Source of the DNA: a virus
Taxonomy: Duplodnaviria; Caudoviricetes
Reading direction: 5' to 3' (one strand)
IMG/VR virus record: IMGVR_UViG_3300017780_003508
Location: 1 to 27,022 of that record
Length of the DNA stretch: 27,022 bases
Positions 9,033-16,822 of this stretch are shown in pieces. The position numbers and the translations under genes are program-made. Each line of letters begins with the position of its first letter. Positions within the stretch are counted from its first letter, which is position 1. The notes below the pieces were generated by a model, which was given only the letters and a program-made list of their open reading frames with translations, did no database searches and was not told the DNA's origin.

Positions 9033-10712
9033 TTAATTGTCGTGCTTAATTAAAAGTGATGTAGTTGTTAGAGCAATACCTATCTTTTTACTGTTTGTAC
9101 CTGCAGATGTAGATATTATTCCTGATGTATTTGATAGATAATAAGTAGCTAAAGGAATCAAACCAGATAAACCAGTAATAATACCATTTGTTTTAACTGT
9201 TGCGGTTGTGCCAAGTACTCCTCCTCCAGTAATAGCAGAGACGAAACCAACAAAACTATCATACTTATTTTTATTACACGCATTAGCTGTTGTTGATGCA
9301 GATGTTTTTGTTATATATCCAAAAGTAGGTGCTGTGACAGGCTTAAGCTCTGTTAAAAGAACTGCATCAGACCCTTGATTTGAATATGTGAAAGATGTAG
9401 ATAACTTAGGGACAATAATACCACTATCTCCACTATACCCAGTTGCAGAATTACTGTTATTTTGAGTATTATTAAAAACATTTGCTGTTAATGTTGCAGT
9501 TCCTCCTGAGTAAAAAGAAGAATATATAGCACCCTCAACTGTTGGGGTTGCTGTTGCAGACCATGATCCTGTTGATGATGTGAAAGGAACACTTTGATCT
9601 ACATTATAATAAGTTTGAACATGAGCCACTCCAGTTGCACTTACTCCTGAGTTTGGAAATGTAATAACTACAGGTCTACTTGCTCCACTATTTGGTGCAA
9701 GGATGGTAAAAGAATATAAATAACGTGAAGCCGCAGGGTTGAAATTATTAACTCTTACAGTCATTGCTACTCCATCACATGTAGCTGTTACACCAGAAAT
9801 ACTAGAAGAAGCAGAAAATGCTACATATACAACTGCAATTCTATTAGAATTTGCTGTTATGTTTAGGTTAATAGTTGAAGTGCCTCCAGAAGAAGCTACT
9901 GAAAAAGTACTCATTCCTTTGTTATCAAATAGCGCTCCATTGTCTGCTTGATAAAAATAGCTAGCAACTGGATCACCTACTGCCAGTGTTTCAGCACATG
10001 TTCCTGACATAACAAGATTATCTGCATTTAAGTTTGCATTTGCATCAAATCTTACAACCTTACTAGCAGCTGGTGTGGCCGATGTATCATCATTTGTTAC
10101 ATATTTATTAGTACTACTTGGTGTTCCTACTGTCCCCACCAAAGCATCATTCTCTCCTTGTGTTGGTACACGAGGGTCATTGTCACCCATAAAGATAGGG
10201 ATAGTTGGAGAAGCTGGAGCGACTGAGACCTGACCGATACCTTTTACTGATGTACTTGAGTCTGGCGCACCTGCAATGGCTACACCATCTACATATGCCT
10301 TAGTAGCAAGCTGGTTAGCAGTGATAATGGTAGCTGTACCGTCATATTCTAGTGGATCAGTAGCGTCAAGGTTGGTTGTACCATTGACAAGGTTGTTAAT
10401 CTGTAGGATATGAGCAAAGTCTGTGATAGATACTGACGCTCCGATTCTGTGCTTTCGTAGTGTGCCGGCTGTCTCTACACCCTGACGTGAGACTGTCTTG
10501 ATGTTTGTTAATGCTGTGCCTGTTAGAGTACAAGAGATGTGCTCTTTGCTAGAGTTTGAACCATCAACTGTAAAAAAGTAACGACCTGTTGGTAATGCTA
10601 CTCCATCATCATCTGTTGCAGATGAAAGTGTCGCAGTTGTTCCCCCAACTGATAACTCAGAAGCTAATACTGTTGTAAAATCTGCTACTATTTTTGCTGT
10701 TAATGTTGCCAT
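9033..10712 (-). CDS. Tail/virion structural protein, possible receptor-binding (559 aa)
   Basis: ATKAYVD and ...KGI... fibre motifs; C-terminal GL..LA.YYLSNTSG.IST.AGT...KIG.A pattern; beta-rich. Confidence 0.6.
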   Translation of the reverse strand: MATLTAKIVADFTTVLASELSVGGTTATLSSATDDDGVALPTGRYFFTVDGSNSSKEHISCTLTGTALTNIKTVSRQGVETAGTLRKHRIGASVSITDFAHILQINNLVNGTTNLDATDPLEYDGTATIITANQLATKAYVDGVAIAGAPDSSTSVKGIGQVSVAPASPTIPIFMGDNDPRVPTQGENDALVGTVGTPSSTNKYVTNDDTSATPAASKVVRFDANANLNADNLVMSGTCAETLAVGDPVASYFYQADNGALFDNKGMSTFSVASSGGTSTINLNITANSNRIAVVYVAFSASSSISGVTATCDGVAMTVRVNNFNPAASRYLYSFTILAPNSGASRPVVITFPNSGVSATGVAHVQTYYNVDQSVPFTSSTGSWSATATPTVEGAIYSSFYSGGTATLTANVFNNTQNNSNSATGYSGDSGIIVPKLSTSFTYSNQGSDAVLLTELKPVTAPTFGYITKTSASTTANACNKNKYDSFVGFVSAITGGGVLGTTATVKTNGIITGLSGLIPLATYYLSNTSGIISTSAGTNSKKIGIALTTTSLLIKHDN

Positions 10713-10728
10713 ATACTATAATTATAAG

Positions 10729-12594
10729 TTAATAATCTGGATTATCCAAATCTGTTTGCTCCCCATCAAGTGATACATTTTGCTTAAGTCTGAAACGTGA
10801 CGGAATCTTACCTTCATACTGATCTATGTCTAGATCAAGCTGACTATTTATGTCCACGTAACCAATACCAGTAGCCACAAAAGACACCTGTCTCTTTCTA
10901 AACTTAGGCACTTTCTTAAGTCTGATTTCAATAAAATAGTTGTACACTTCTCCTACATCATCACCTCCTATCTGAGCCTGACCAATTAAGTTAGCACCAA
11001 TAGACTGAGGGCTACTATAGTCCACATAACTACCACTACCAAGCACAGTGCCTACAAGCTGAGGACCTGATCCATCATAGTTTACATAGACTTGATACTC
11101 TTGAGAGGCACTTATCTGACCTAATAGGCGAATCTTTCTATACTTCTTAAGGTTCTCACTGCCCCATAGTTCACCTTTACCGATCCACTCATTATCAATA
11201 GTAGACCCATCATCATCATAGCCACTAAATAGCTTGTACACTGACTCTGTTATAGAAGACCCCATATATAAGTCACCGTCTGTCTTAGCAAATGTTCTTC
11301 CTGCGTATTTTGTAACGTCTACTGTCTTATTTTCTATATCACAGAGAAGAATCGTATCATTAGTAGTTGATCCAATAGATCTGCAAGCAACAAGAACGTA
11401 CTTATCATAAGTATCAATAGTAGCGTCTTCATATGTATAATCAGCGAACTTAAATTGAGTAAAAAGAACCTTTGGAGAAACCTGTCCGCCGATAGGGTTC
11501 TTCTCTAGGATGGTCATTTCTGGACGCTCCTCGTTTGCTGTGTTCATAAAAATGATACCAAACTGCATTGAAGTCGCTGATCTGTATGAAGCTATACCGA
11601 GTTCTCTCATAAACACTTCGTTTGTTACGTTAAGATCATCATCTGATATAACAAGTTTGTAGATTGAGTTCTTTTTAATAGAGTAGTACGCACCGTCTAG
11701 GCCTACAAGTACGTTAAGTATTGCATCACCACCAATATCCTGTGATTGTGAGAATCCTTCGTTAGCAAGTCTAGTAGCTGACTCCGAAAAATCAGTAAGT
11801 CCGTTGATGTTTGAGTTCTCGTACTGATATGTAGCAGTTCCTACCCCAGCGTTAGACATAGTGTACGCTCCTGACATGTAGTTGATTGTCCCTGTCCCAC
11901 CAAGAGAGCCGGTAAGAACACCAAGAGCACCATCACGGTAGATTTCACCCGTGCCTGTTAGCGTGATTGTTACGTTGAAACAATTTCTGAGAGCAGATCC
12001 TGCCTTAAAAGCGAGTGTTCCAGTGAGTGATGTAGTCGCTTCACCTGCTACTGTGGTGTAGTAGCCAGCCAAGTTGTCTTGTCTGTCATTTCTTGATCCG
12101 TAGATGTTTGTCTTATTCTGCGCATTATTCCAGAGAATCATTCTACCTTTGTTGATAAATGATAGTCCTTTAGTATCGACTGTCATGTTATTGAAACTGC
12201 CAGGGTTAGCATTGTTCATCTTATAGATACCATCTATCCCTGTAGCAAAGGTAAACGTACCAGCTAGTGACGAGTAGTTACAGAAAGCGTAGTCAGCGTC
12301 AGAAGTGAGTCCTGTGACTGTTGTAGTCCATGTAGAGCCGTTAAGATACTCAATAACAGTGCCTCTTTTTCTCCAATGTACCTTAGATCCGTCTGTTTTG
12401 TAGCCAAAAATCTCACCGGTAATCATACCAGCTGCTCCTTGAGCTCCTACGAGTTCTTTTCCAGGAATGAGTTTAATTCTACCGTCTCTGGTGTACCAGT
12501 TAGATGAATAACTAGCAGCATCCTCTGGAATAATCTCCTCATCAAGTATATTGTTGATACCTGACCTGAATAGTTGGATAGCTTTATCTGCCAT
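10729..12594 (-). CDS. Tail nozzle/head-stabilisation protein (P22 gp10 / tail tubular B-like)
   Basis: 621 aa, beta-propeller-like composition, directly after the adaptor gene (GTG/ATG coupling TAATATG). Confidence 0.6.
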   Translation of the reverse strand: MADKAIQLFRSGINNILDEEIIPEDAASYSSNWYTRDGRIKLIPGKELVGAQGAAGMITGEIFGYKTDGSKVHWRKRGTVIEYLNGSTWTTTVTGLTSDADYAFCNYSSLAGTFTFATGIDGIYKMNNANPGSFNNMTVDTKGLSFINKGRMILWNNAQNKTNIYGSRNDRQDNLAGYYTTVAGEATTSLTGTLAFKAGSALRNCFNVTITLTGTGEIYRDGALGVLTGSLGGTGTINYMSGAYTMSNAGVGTATYQYENSNINGLTDFSESATRLANEGFSQSQDIGGDAILNVLVGLDGAYYSIKKNSIYKLVISDDDLNVTNEVFMRELGIASYRSATSMQFGIIFMNTANEERPEMTILEKNPIGGQVSPKVLFTQFKFADYTYEDATIDTYDKYVLVACRSIGSTTNDTILLCDIENKTVDVTKYAGRTFAKTDGDLYMGSSITESVYKLFSGYDDDGSTIDNEWIGKGELWGSENLKKYRKIRLLGQISASQEYQVYVNYDGSGPQLVGTVLGSGSYVDYSSPQSIGANLIGQAQIGGDDVGEVYNYFIEIRLKKVPKFRKRQVSFVATGIGYVDINSQLDLDIDQYEGKIPSRFRLKQNVSLDGEQTDLDNPDY

Positions 12595-12595
12595 A

Positions 12596-13228
12596 TTAGT
12601 TCATTTGTAACTGACTATTCCAATAAGACATATCATCCATAATACCTTGGTATTTTGTCTGATTTTCATCTTTATAACTTGTAGCCTTTGGAGACATTTG
12701 TATGATTGCATCATCTGTAGCCATACCATATACGAGAATATCGTGGAAACGTGGAGGAAAGATAGGAGAAAGTGTAGTAGCGAGGGCTGTAGGTGTCTTT
12801 ATATAGTCAAACTCATAGGTATACCCAGCAAGAGTGGCTCCTGTGAAGCGGATCTGACCATTTGTGATGTCATAGTAAGCGTAACCAGCCTTATTTCTGT
12901 ACTGTCTGCGGTCTGACCAGTTCACAATAATGTAAGGGTCATATGTAGAACCAATAAAGATAACTTTTGGAGTGTCTGTGCTGATATAATCCTCTGTATT
13001 ATTATGGTTATTTGCAAAGTAAGCAAAGTCTGCCGGCGCTGTGATGTAGAATCCGTCAGCATCTGATAGGATTGCTCCTGACGCACTTGTTTTTAGGAAC
13101 TCCCACGGTCTAAAGTTACAGATCTTATTATAAACACGGTTGAGCACTACATACTCCTCACTGGTTGATAACTCAGTAACGTCTGATACTTGAAGCTCGA
13201 ACTGTGTGATGATAGTGTCTGATGTCAT
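12596..13228 (-). CDS. Head-tail adaptor (P22 gp4 / tail tubular A-like)
   Basis: 210 aa right after the capsid gene; W.FL and P.FP.RFHD.LVYG motifs typical of podovirus adaptors. Confidence 0.65.
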   Translation of the reverse strand: MTSDTIITQFELQVSDVTELSTSEEYVVLNRVYNKICNFRPWEFLKTSASGAILSDADGFYITAPADFAYFANNHNNTEDYISTDTPKVIFIGSTYDPYIIVNWSDRRQYRNKAGYAYYDITNGQIRFTGATLAGYTYEFDYIKTPTALATTLSPIFPPRFHDILVYGMATDDAIIQMSPKATSYKDENQTKYQGIMDDMSYWNSQLQMN

Positions 13229-13251
13229 ATATATATTTTAGCATTATTAGA

Positions 13252-13288
13252 CTGCTATCCCAACCCCTATAAAGGGACTGAGTAGTAG
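13252..13288 (-). terminator. Stem-loop immediately after the capsid stop (terminator or mRNA-stabilising hairpin)
   Basis: CUACUACUCAGUCCCU-UUAU-AGGGGUUGGGAUAGCAG pairs with G-U wobbles; no clear U-tract. Confidence 0.45.
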
Positions 13289-13289
13289 A

Positions 13290-14447
13290 CTAAGCTACGA
13301 GAATCTTCACATCAAGGAACTTCTTTGCTCCGTCAGCGAATGTCTTGATACCAGCGAGGTATGAAGAGAATACGTTTGTACCACGGCGGTCAGCTGTAGG
13401 ACGCATTTCTACTTCCTTCATATCCTGAACAACGAGGTCAATAGCTCCCTTCTTACCGTAGTAGCAGTGTAGGAAGTTAGTAGCCCATGACCAGTTAGTT
13501 GCAGCCTCTGAAAGAGTAAGTCTTCCTGTTCCTGTACCAACAATAGTCATTACAGTTGCTGATGTAGCTGTAGCTGTAACCTTACCAATGATTTCAAGAT
13601 CACTTGTACTTGTAAGAGCAACACCCTGTGCAGTTGTAACTGTAGGAGCGTTGATAAGAGCTGTAAGGTTCTGGATAGAGTTAGTTGCAGCAGCACCGAT
13701 AAGAACGTTTCCAGGTGTAACACCAAGAGTTGTCTTCATTGTGAATACAACACCGTTGATTGTTACAGTATCATTGTCTGAGAAAGTACCTGTTGAAAGG
13801 AGAGTTGCCTCACCTGAAAGGTTTTCTGAAACGTAGAGCTGTGCATTGTTCACATCACCTGTGTAACCATTCTTGAATACGTTACCAGCGAGGTCAATGT
13901 TCTTACCAAGAAGGTACTGTGTAACATCTGACGCAGCGTATGAATCAACAACGAGAACCATATTAGTCATAACCTCCTGGTTATTCTTGTTACGGAGCTT
14001 TGCTGACATACGTGATGTCATTTGTGGAACAGTTGTACTTGAAAGAGTGATTGCTGTACCTGATGAAGTGCCAGTTGTAAGGTCACCGTTATCAAATGCA
14101 AATGAAGCGTTACGAACTTCTGCGAAACAACGACCGTCAAGGTCAAGAGCCACTTTACGTCCGATCTGCTTTCCAATAACTTGTCCAGGGTTAAGTGGAC
14201 CAGCTTGCTTAGCTTCACCGTCTGAAATGTGGAAAGCTGCTTCCTTCTCAAGGTTGATTGTAAGAAGTTCTGAACTGTCAGTTACAGAATCAATAGTTGA
14301 TGCTGAACCACGAGTTACTGTACGAACTTGTACACCTGACATATCATAAGCAACACGTTCTACTGACTCTCCAAAACGGAGTGTACTCTCGAAACGAGTG
14401 TTCATGATTTCTTTTGCTACTAATGTCTTCTGGAACACTTCCTGATA
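13290..14447 (-). CDS. Major capsid protein, exon 2 (P22 gp5-like coat); spliced product 398 aa
   Basis: Begins YQEVFQKTLVAKEIMN right after the intron's terminal G (14448); follows the scaffold gene; coat-like motifs (GESV.R, LTINLEKEAAFHISD, GIKTF). Confidence 0.85.
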   Translation of the reverse strand, partial: YQEVFQKTLVAKEIMNTRFESTLRFGESVERVAYDMSGVQVRTVTRGSASTIDSVTDSSELLTINLEKEAAFHISDGEAKQAGPLNPGQVIGKQIGRKVALDLDGRCFAEVRNASFAFDNGDLTTGTSSGTAITLSSTTVPQMTSRMSAKLRNKNNQEVMTNMVLVVDSYAASDVTQYLLGKNIDLAGNVFKNGYTGDVNNAQLYVSENLSGEATLLSTGTFSDNDTVTINGVVFTMKTTLGVTPGNVLIGAAATNSIQNLTALINAPTVTTAQGVALTSTSDLEIIGKVTATATSATVMTIVGTGTGRLTLSEAATNWSWATNFLHCYYGKKGAIDLVVQDMKEVEMRPTADRRGTNVFSSYLAGIKTFADGAKKFLDVKILVA

Positions 14448-14529
14448 CAGGTTGTTATCGTGAGTCTTCTATTTCTCACTTCAGTATATTCCTATACTGT
14501 TCAGGTCATATCATGTAAAACAGATTTGA

Positions 14530-14988
14530 TTAACACTGGTTGTTTGCAATTTTTATGCATTGACCGATAAACTGTTCTTCTGTATATACATTTTTCATGT
14601 AATTACACATTGAACAACAAGCAACAGAATTATATACAGTATAACCTTTTGAGCTATCCCTTCTATCTATTCCAACAGGATCAGAACTATCACAGTAGTG
14701 GCATTTTTGATTAAGAATATATAGCGCTTCCCAATCTTCTAGACTGTACTCAATTTTTCTAGTTCTAGCACTAGATTTTGTTGAGTTTAGTCTACCTTTT
14801 GGTGTTTTCATATAAAGTCTGCGTGTTTGTAACGCTTTTTCTTTATTGTTTTTTACCCAATTAGTTGCGTTTATTATTCTTGCTTCTCTATGTTCTTTAT
14901 AATAAGCATCTTGTATTTCCTTTATTTTTTCAGGATTTTCAAGACGGTATTTTTTATTCTGTTCCGCTTGTTTTTGTTTATCTTTCAT
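14530..14988 (-). CDS. Intron-encoded HNH-superfamily homing endonuclease (152 aa)
   Basis: CHYC...GIDRRDSSKGY..YNSVACCSMCNYMK zinc/beta-beta-alpha nuclease motif; basic helical N-terminus; lies between the two P8 strands. Confidence 0.85.
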   Translation of the reverse strand: MKDKQKQAEQNKKYRLENPEKIKEIQDAYYKEHREARIINATNWVKNNKEKALQTRRLYMKTPKGRLNSTKSSARTRKIEYSLEDWEALYILNQKCHYCDSSDPVGIDRRDSSKGYTVYNSVACCSMCNYMKNVYTEEQFIGQCIKIANNQC

Positions 14989-14994
14989 ACTTTG

Positions 14995-15022
14995 ATTATA
15001 CCATAGTATGATGTGTTATCAA
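14995..15022 (-). promoter_or_regulatory. Intron-internal sigma70-type promoter for the endonuclease (leaderless)
   Basis: TTGATA-16 nt-TATAAT with extended TG; ATG 6 nt after the -10 hexamer. Confidence 0.65.
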
Positions 15023-15183
15023 AGAGCTATCTTACCGGGTTATTAGTGAGGATTATATTTATTCACCTCTGACCGTCACACATGCCCGGAGAGCCTTTCG
15101 CTATCTCTCCTGCTAGCTCGGTATTGCCCGTTCTGGGGTTCCACCGAATTAAACCCGTTTTACAACGCCTATCGGTTAGGTCA

Positions 15184-15222
15184 AGCGTTATCGAACTCAG
15201 GACGAAAATCTGTTAATGCCAT
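15184..15222 (-). CDS. Major capsid protein, exon 1 (MALTDFRPEFDNA)
   Basis: ATG 49 nt after the scaffold stop; 13 codons followed by an in-frame TGA that is the first intron triplet. Confidence 0.85.
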
Positions 15223-15271
15223 AAATTTGGGTTAAATTAGAAACTAATAACCCCCCATTTAGATTTGGCAA

Positions 15272-15982
15272 TTAGAATCCACTTGTGAGCATAATACTGT
15301 TGTACTCTGCTTTTCTCTTCGGATCCTGCATAATTTCATTGAAATATGCTTTATCTTTCTGAGCACGAGCGTAATCTAGCGGCTGAGGATCCTTCCCTCC
15401 TCCTGGTGTTGTTGATACTATGGTACGCTTTCCAGTGATAGCATTACCATAGGTTTCCTCAATAAGTTGAGCAAACGTCTTGTCCCCATTCTGAGGTAGC
15501 ATTGAGAGAGCTTTAATGACACCAGGATTAACAACTTCTTTGAACTCAGGCATTGATGCAATCGCTGCGTTATAGTGAGTATCAAAGGCCTTATCAATGG
15601 CGACTTGCTTCTCTTTTTCCTCCATAGGCTTAAACTTTGACGAGATCTTGTCCTCTACTTCTCGTTCTGTTTTAGAGCGAATTGATTTCTCTAACTTATC
15701 TAGAAAGCTAGGATCAATATCGAACTCCTTAGCGATTGAAGCTATATCCTCTGACACTTCACTACGGGGAGCATCATTTGAGCGGATTTTTTCTTCAAGC
15801 TCTTTAATCCTTTTCTCTGCATCCTTGCGAGCCATCTTTTCTTTAAGAAAAGCGCTTTCCGGAACATGATTAGGCTGTTTTTCAACTGGAGCTTCTAGGA
15901 CTTCGCTAATTGTTTGTACTACTGTTGGCTCAGGTGTTGCAGGCGCCTCCGCAACTGGAGTGTTTATGTCTTGTTCAGCCAT
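15272..15982 (-). CDS. Putative capsid scaffolding protein (236 aa)
   Basis: Acidic/Pro-rich N-terminus, VP...F...K coiled coil; located just before the capsid gene. Confidence 0.7.
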   Translation of the reverse strand: MAEQDINTPVAEAPATPEPTVVQTISEVLEAPVEKQPNHVPESAFLKEKMARKDAEKRIKELEEKIRSNDAPRSEVSEDIASIAKEFDIDPSFLDKLEKSIRSKTEREVEDKISSKFKPMEEKEKQVAIDKAFDTHYNAAIASMPEFKEVVNPGVIKALSMLPQNGDKTFAQLIEETYGNAITGKRTIVSTTPGGGKDPQPLDYARAQKDKAYFNEIMQDPKRKAEYNSIMLTSGF

Positions 15983-16071
15983 TGAAATAACATTTTAGCG
16001 ATGATGCACATCGGAGCATTATTACCGCCGCTCACACGTGTAAAAGTTTAGAGACCTCCGTCTATACATTT

Positions 16072-16100
16072 ATTATACAAAGATAATGATGTATGTACAA
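16072..16100 (-). promoter_or_regulatory. sigma70-type promoter for scaffold/capsid
   Basis: TTGTAC-17 nt-TATAAT; the -35 region (TTGTACATAC) nearly matches that of the terminase-operon promoter (TTGTGCATAC). Confidence 0.6.
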
Positions 16101-16144
16101 CATAAGATCAACGAATGGGGGATGCGTCAATCATTATGCTGTAC
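16095..16144 (-). other. 19-bp RNA stem-loop with 11-nt C-rich loop
   Basis: GUACAGCAUAA(U)GAUUGACG / CGUUGAUCUUAUGUUGUAC, three G-U pairs, loop CAUCCCCCAUU. Confidence 0.65.
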
Positions 16145-16152
16145 GCACAGCA

Positions 16153-16452
16153 CTAGGCTGTAAGCGTATCTGCGTCTAATAACTCTTCAAGTAACCCTTT
16201 TAAGAACTTTTCATTAGCTGGTGCCTTCTTAAGAACCTTAACAACATCTAACTTTGCTTTAATATCAGATGCTATTGTTATGTATTGATTATGAGTTAAT
16301 AACTCTCTACCTTCAACAATCTTTGTTATGTCAGCAACTATATCAACAACAAGAGTGTCAATAAGCTCCTTGCCCCCTGCTGTGTTAGCTAGAATTACTA
16401 TGTCCTTAATCTTGTTAAGGTCTTCAATAACTTCATCCTTATTTACTTTCAT
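16153..16452 (-). CDS. Hypothetical helical protein between portal and scaffold (99 aa)
   Basis: ORF track; T.GGK.L motif common in small post-portal proteins. Confidence 0.7.
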   Translation of the reverse strand: MKVNKDEVIEDLNKIKDIVILANTAGGKELIDTLVVDIVADITKIVEGRELLTHNQYITIASDIKAKLDVVKVLKKAPANEKFLKGLLEELLDADTLTA

Positions 16453-16798
16453 TTAGTTCTGGGATCTGGTTAATTATTTCCTTCACCTCTGCTTCATCTT
16501 CCTTGATCTGCTTCTTAAAGGCTTTTACTTTAGGATATAGCTCACCAAGTTTTAGCTTAGCATCAACGTACATATGTACTGCGAACTGTTGCTCTTCTGA
16601 TAGCTTTGCAAAGGACTTACCGTGATGCTGTTCAATGTTCTTCATCTTTGACTCATGGTATGCAGCATTAGCTACTAGCTCTCTGAGTGTCTTCTTATGT
16701 GACTCAATGTTTTCCTTTACTTCTTCTAGAGTAAATGTTGGTACGAATCCGTGCTTCTCAATAATCCCCTTCTTTTTATTGTAAGTGTATATGAACAT
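16439..16798 (-). CDS. Hypothetical coiled-coil protein (119 aa)
   Basis: ORF track; co-oriented within the head operon. Confidence 0.7.
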   Translation of the reverse strand: MFIYTYNKKKGIIEKHGFVPTFTLEEVKENIESHKKTLRELVANAAYHESKMKNIEQHHGKSFAKLSEEQQFAVHMYVDAKLKLGELYPKVKAFKKQIKEDEAEVKEIINQIPELNESK

Positions 16799-16822
16799 AT
16801 GTATATAAGTATAGGATTAGCC

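Larger units (their letters stand above)
14448..15183 (-). mobile_element. Group I self-splicing intron (IA-like, has P7.1) with homing endonuclease in L8
   Basis: Exon 1 ends in U and pairs AACGCU/GGCGUU (P1 with U-G). P10 CCGAUA/UAUC(A)GG, P3 CGGGUU/AACCCG, P4 UUCGGU/ACCGAG, P6a GGAGAG/CUCUCC, P7 A(C)GGUCA/UGACCU, P7.1 GAGG/CCUC, P8 GUAAGA/UUUUAC, P9 CAGUAUA-GGAA-UAUACUG. Ends in G; splicing restores the frame. Confidence 0.92.

Noticed and set aside
14436-14438. GTG start of the capsid protein given by the ORF track
   Set aside because: It lies three codons into exon 2; the spliced N-terminus from ATG 15222 is better supported.
14454-14460. CGATAAC present both at the end of exon 1 and near the intron 3' end, as a target-site duplication
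   Set aside because: Only 7 bp and not positioned at the junctions; group I introns do not create duplications.
15181-15183. TGA after capsid codon 13 as evidence of stop-codon recoding
   Set aside because: All long genes are intact under the standard code, TGA ends other genes in ATGA overlaps, and the intron explains the stop.
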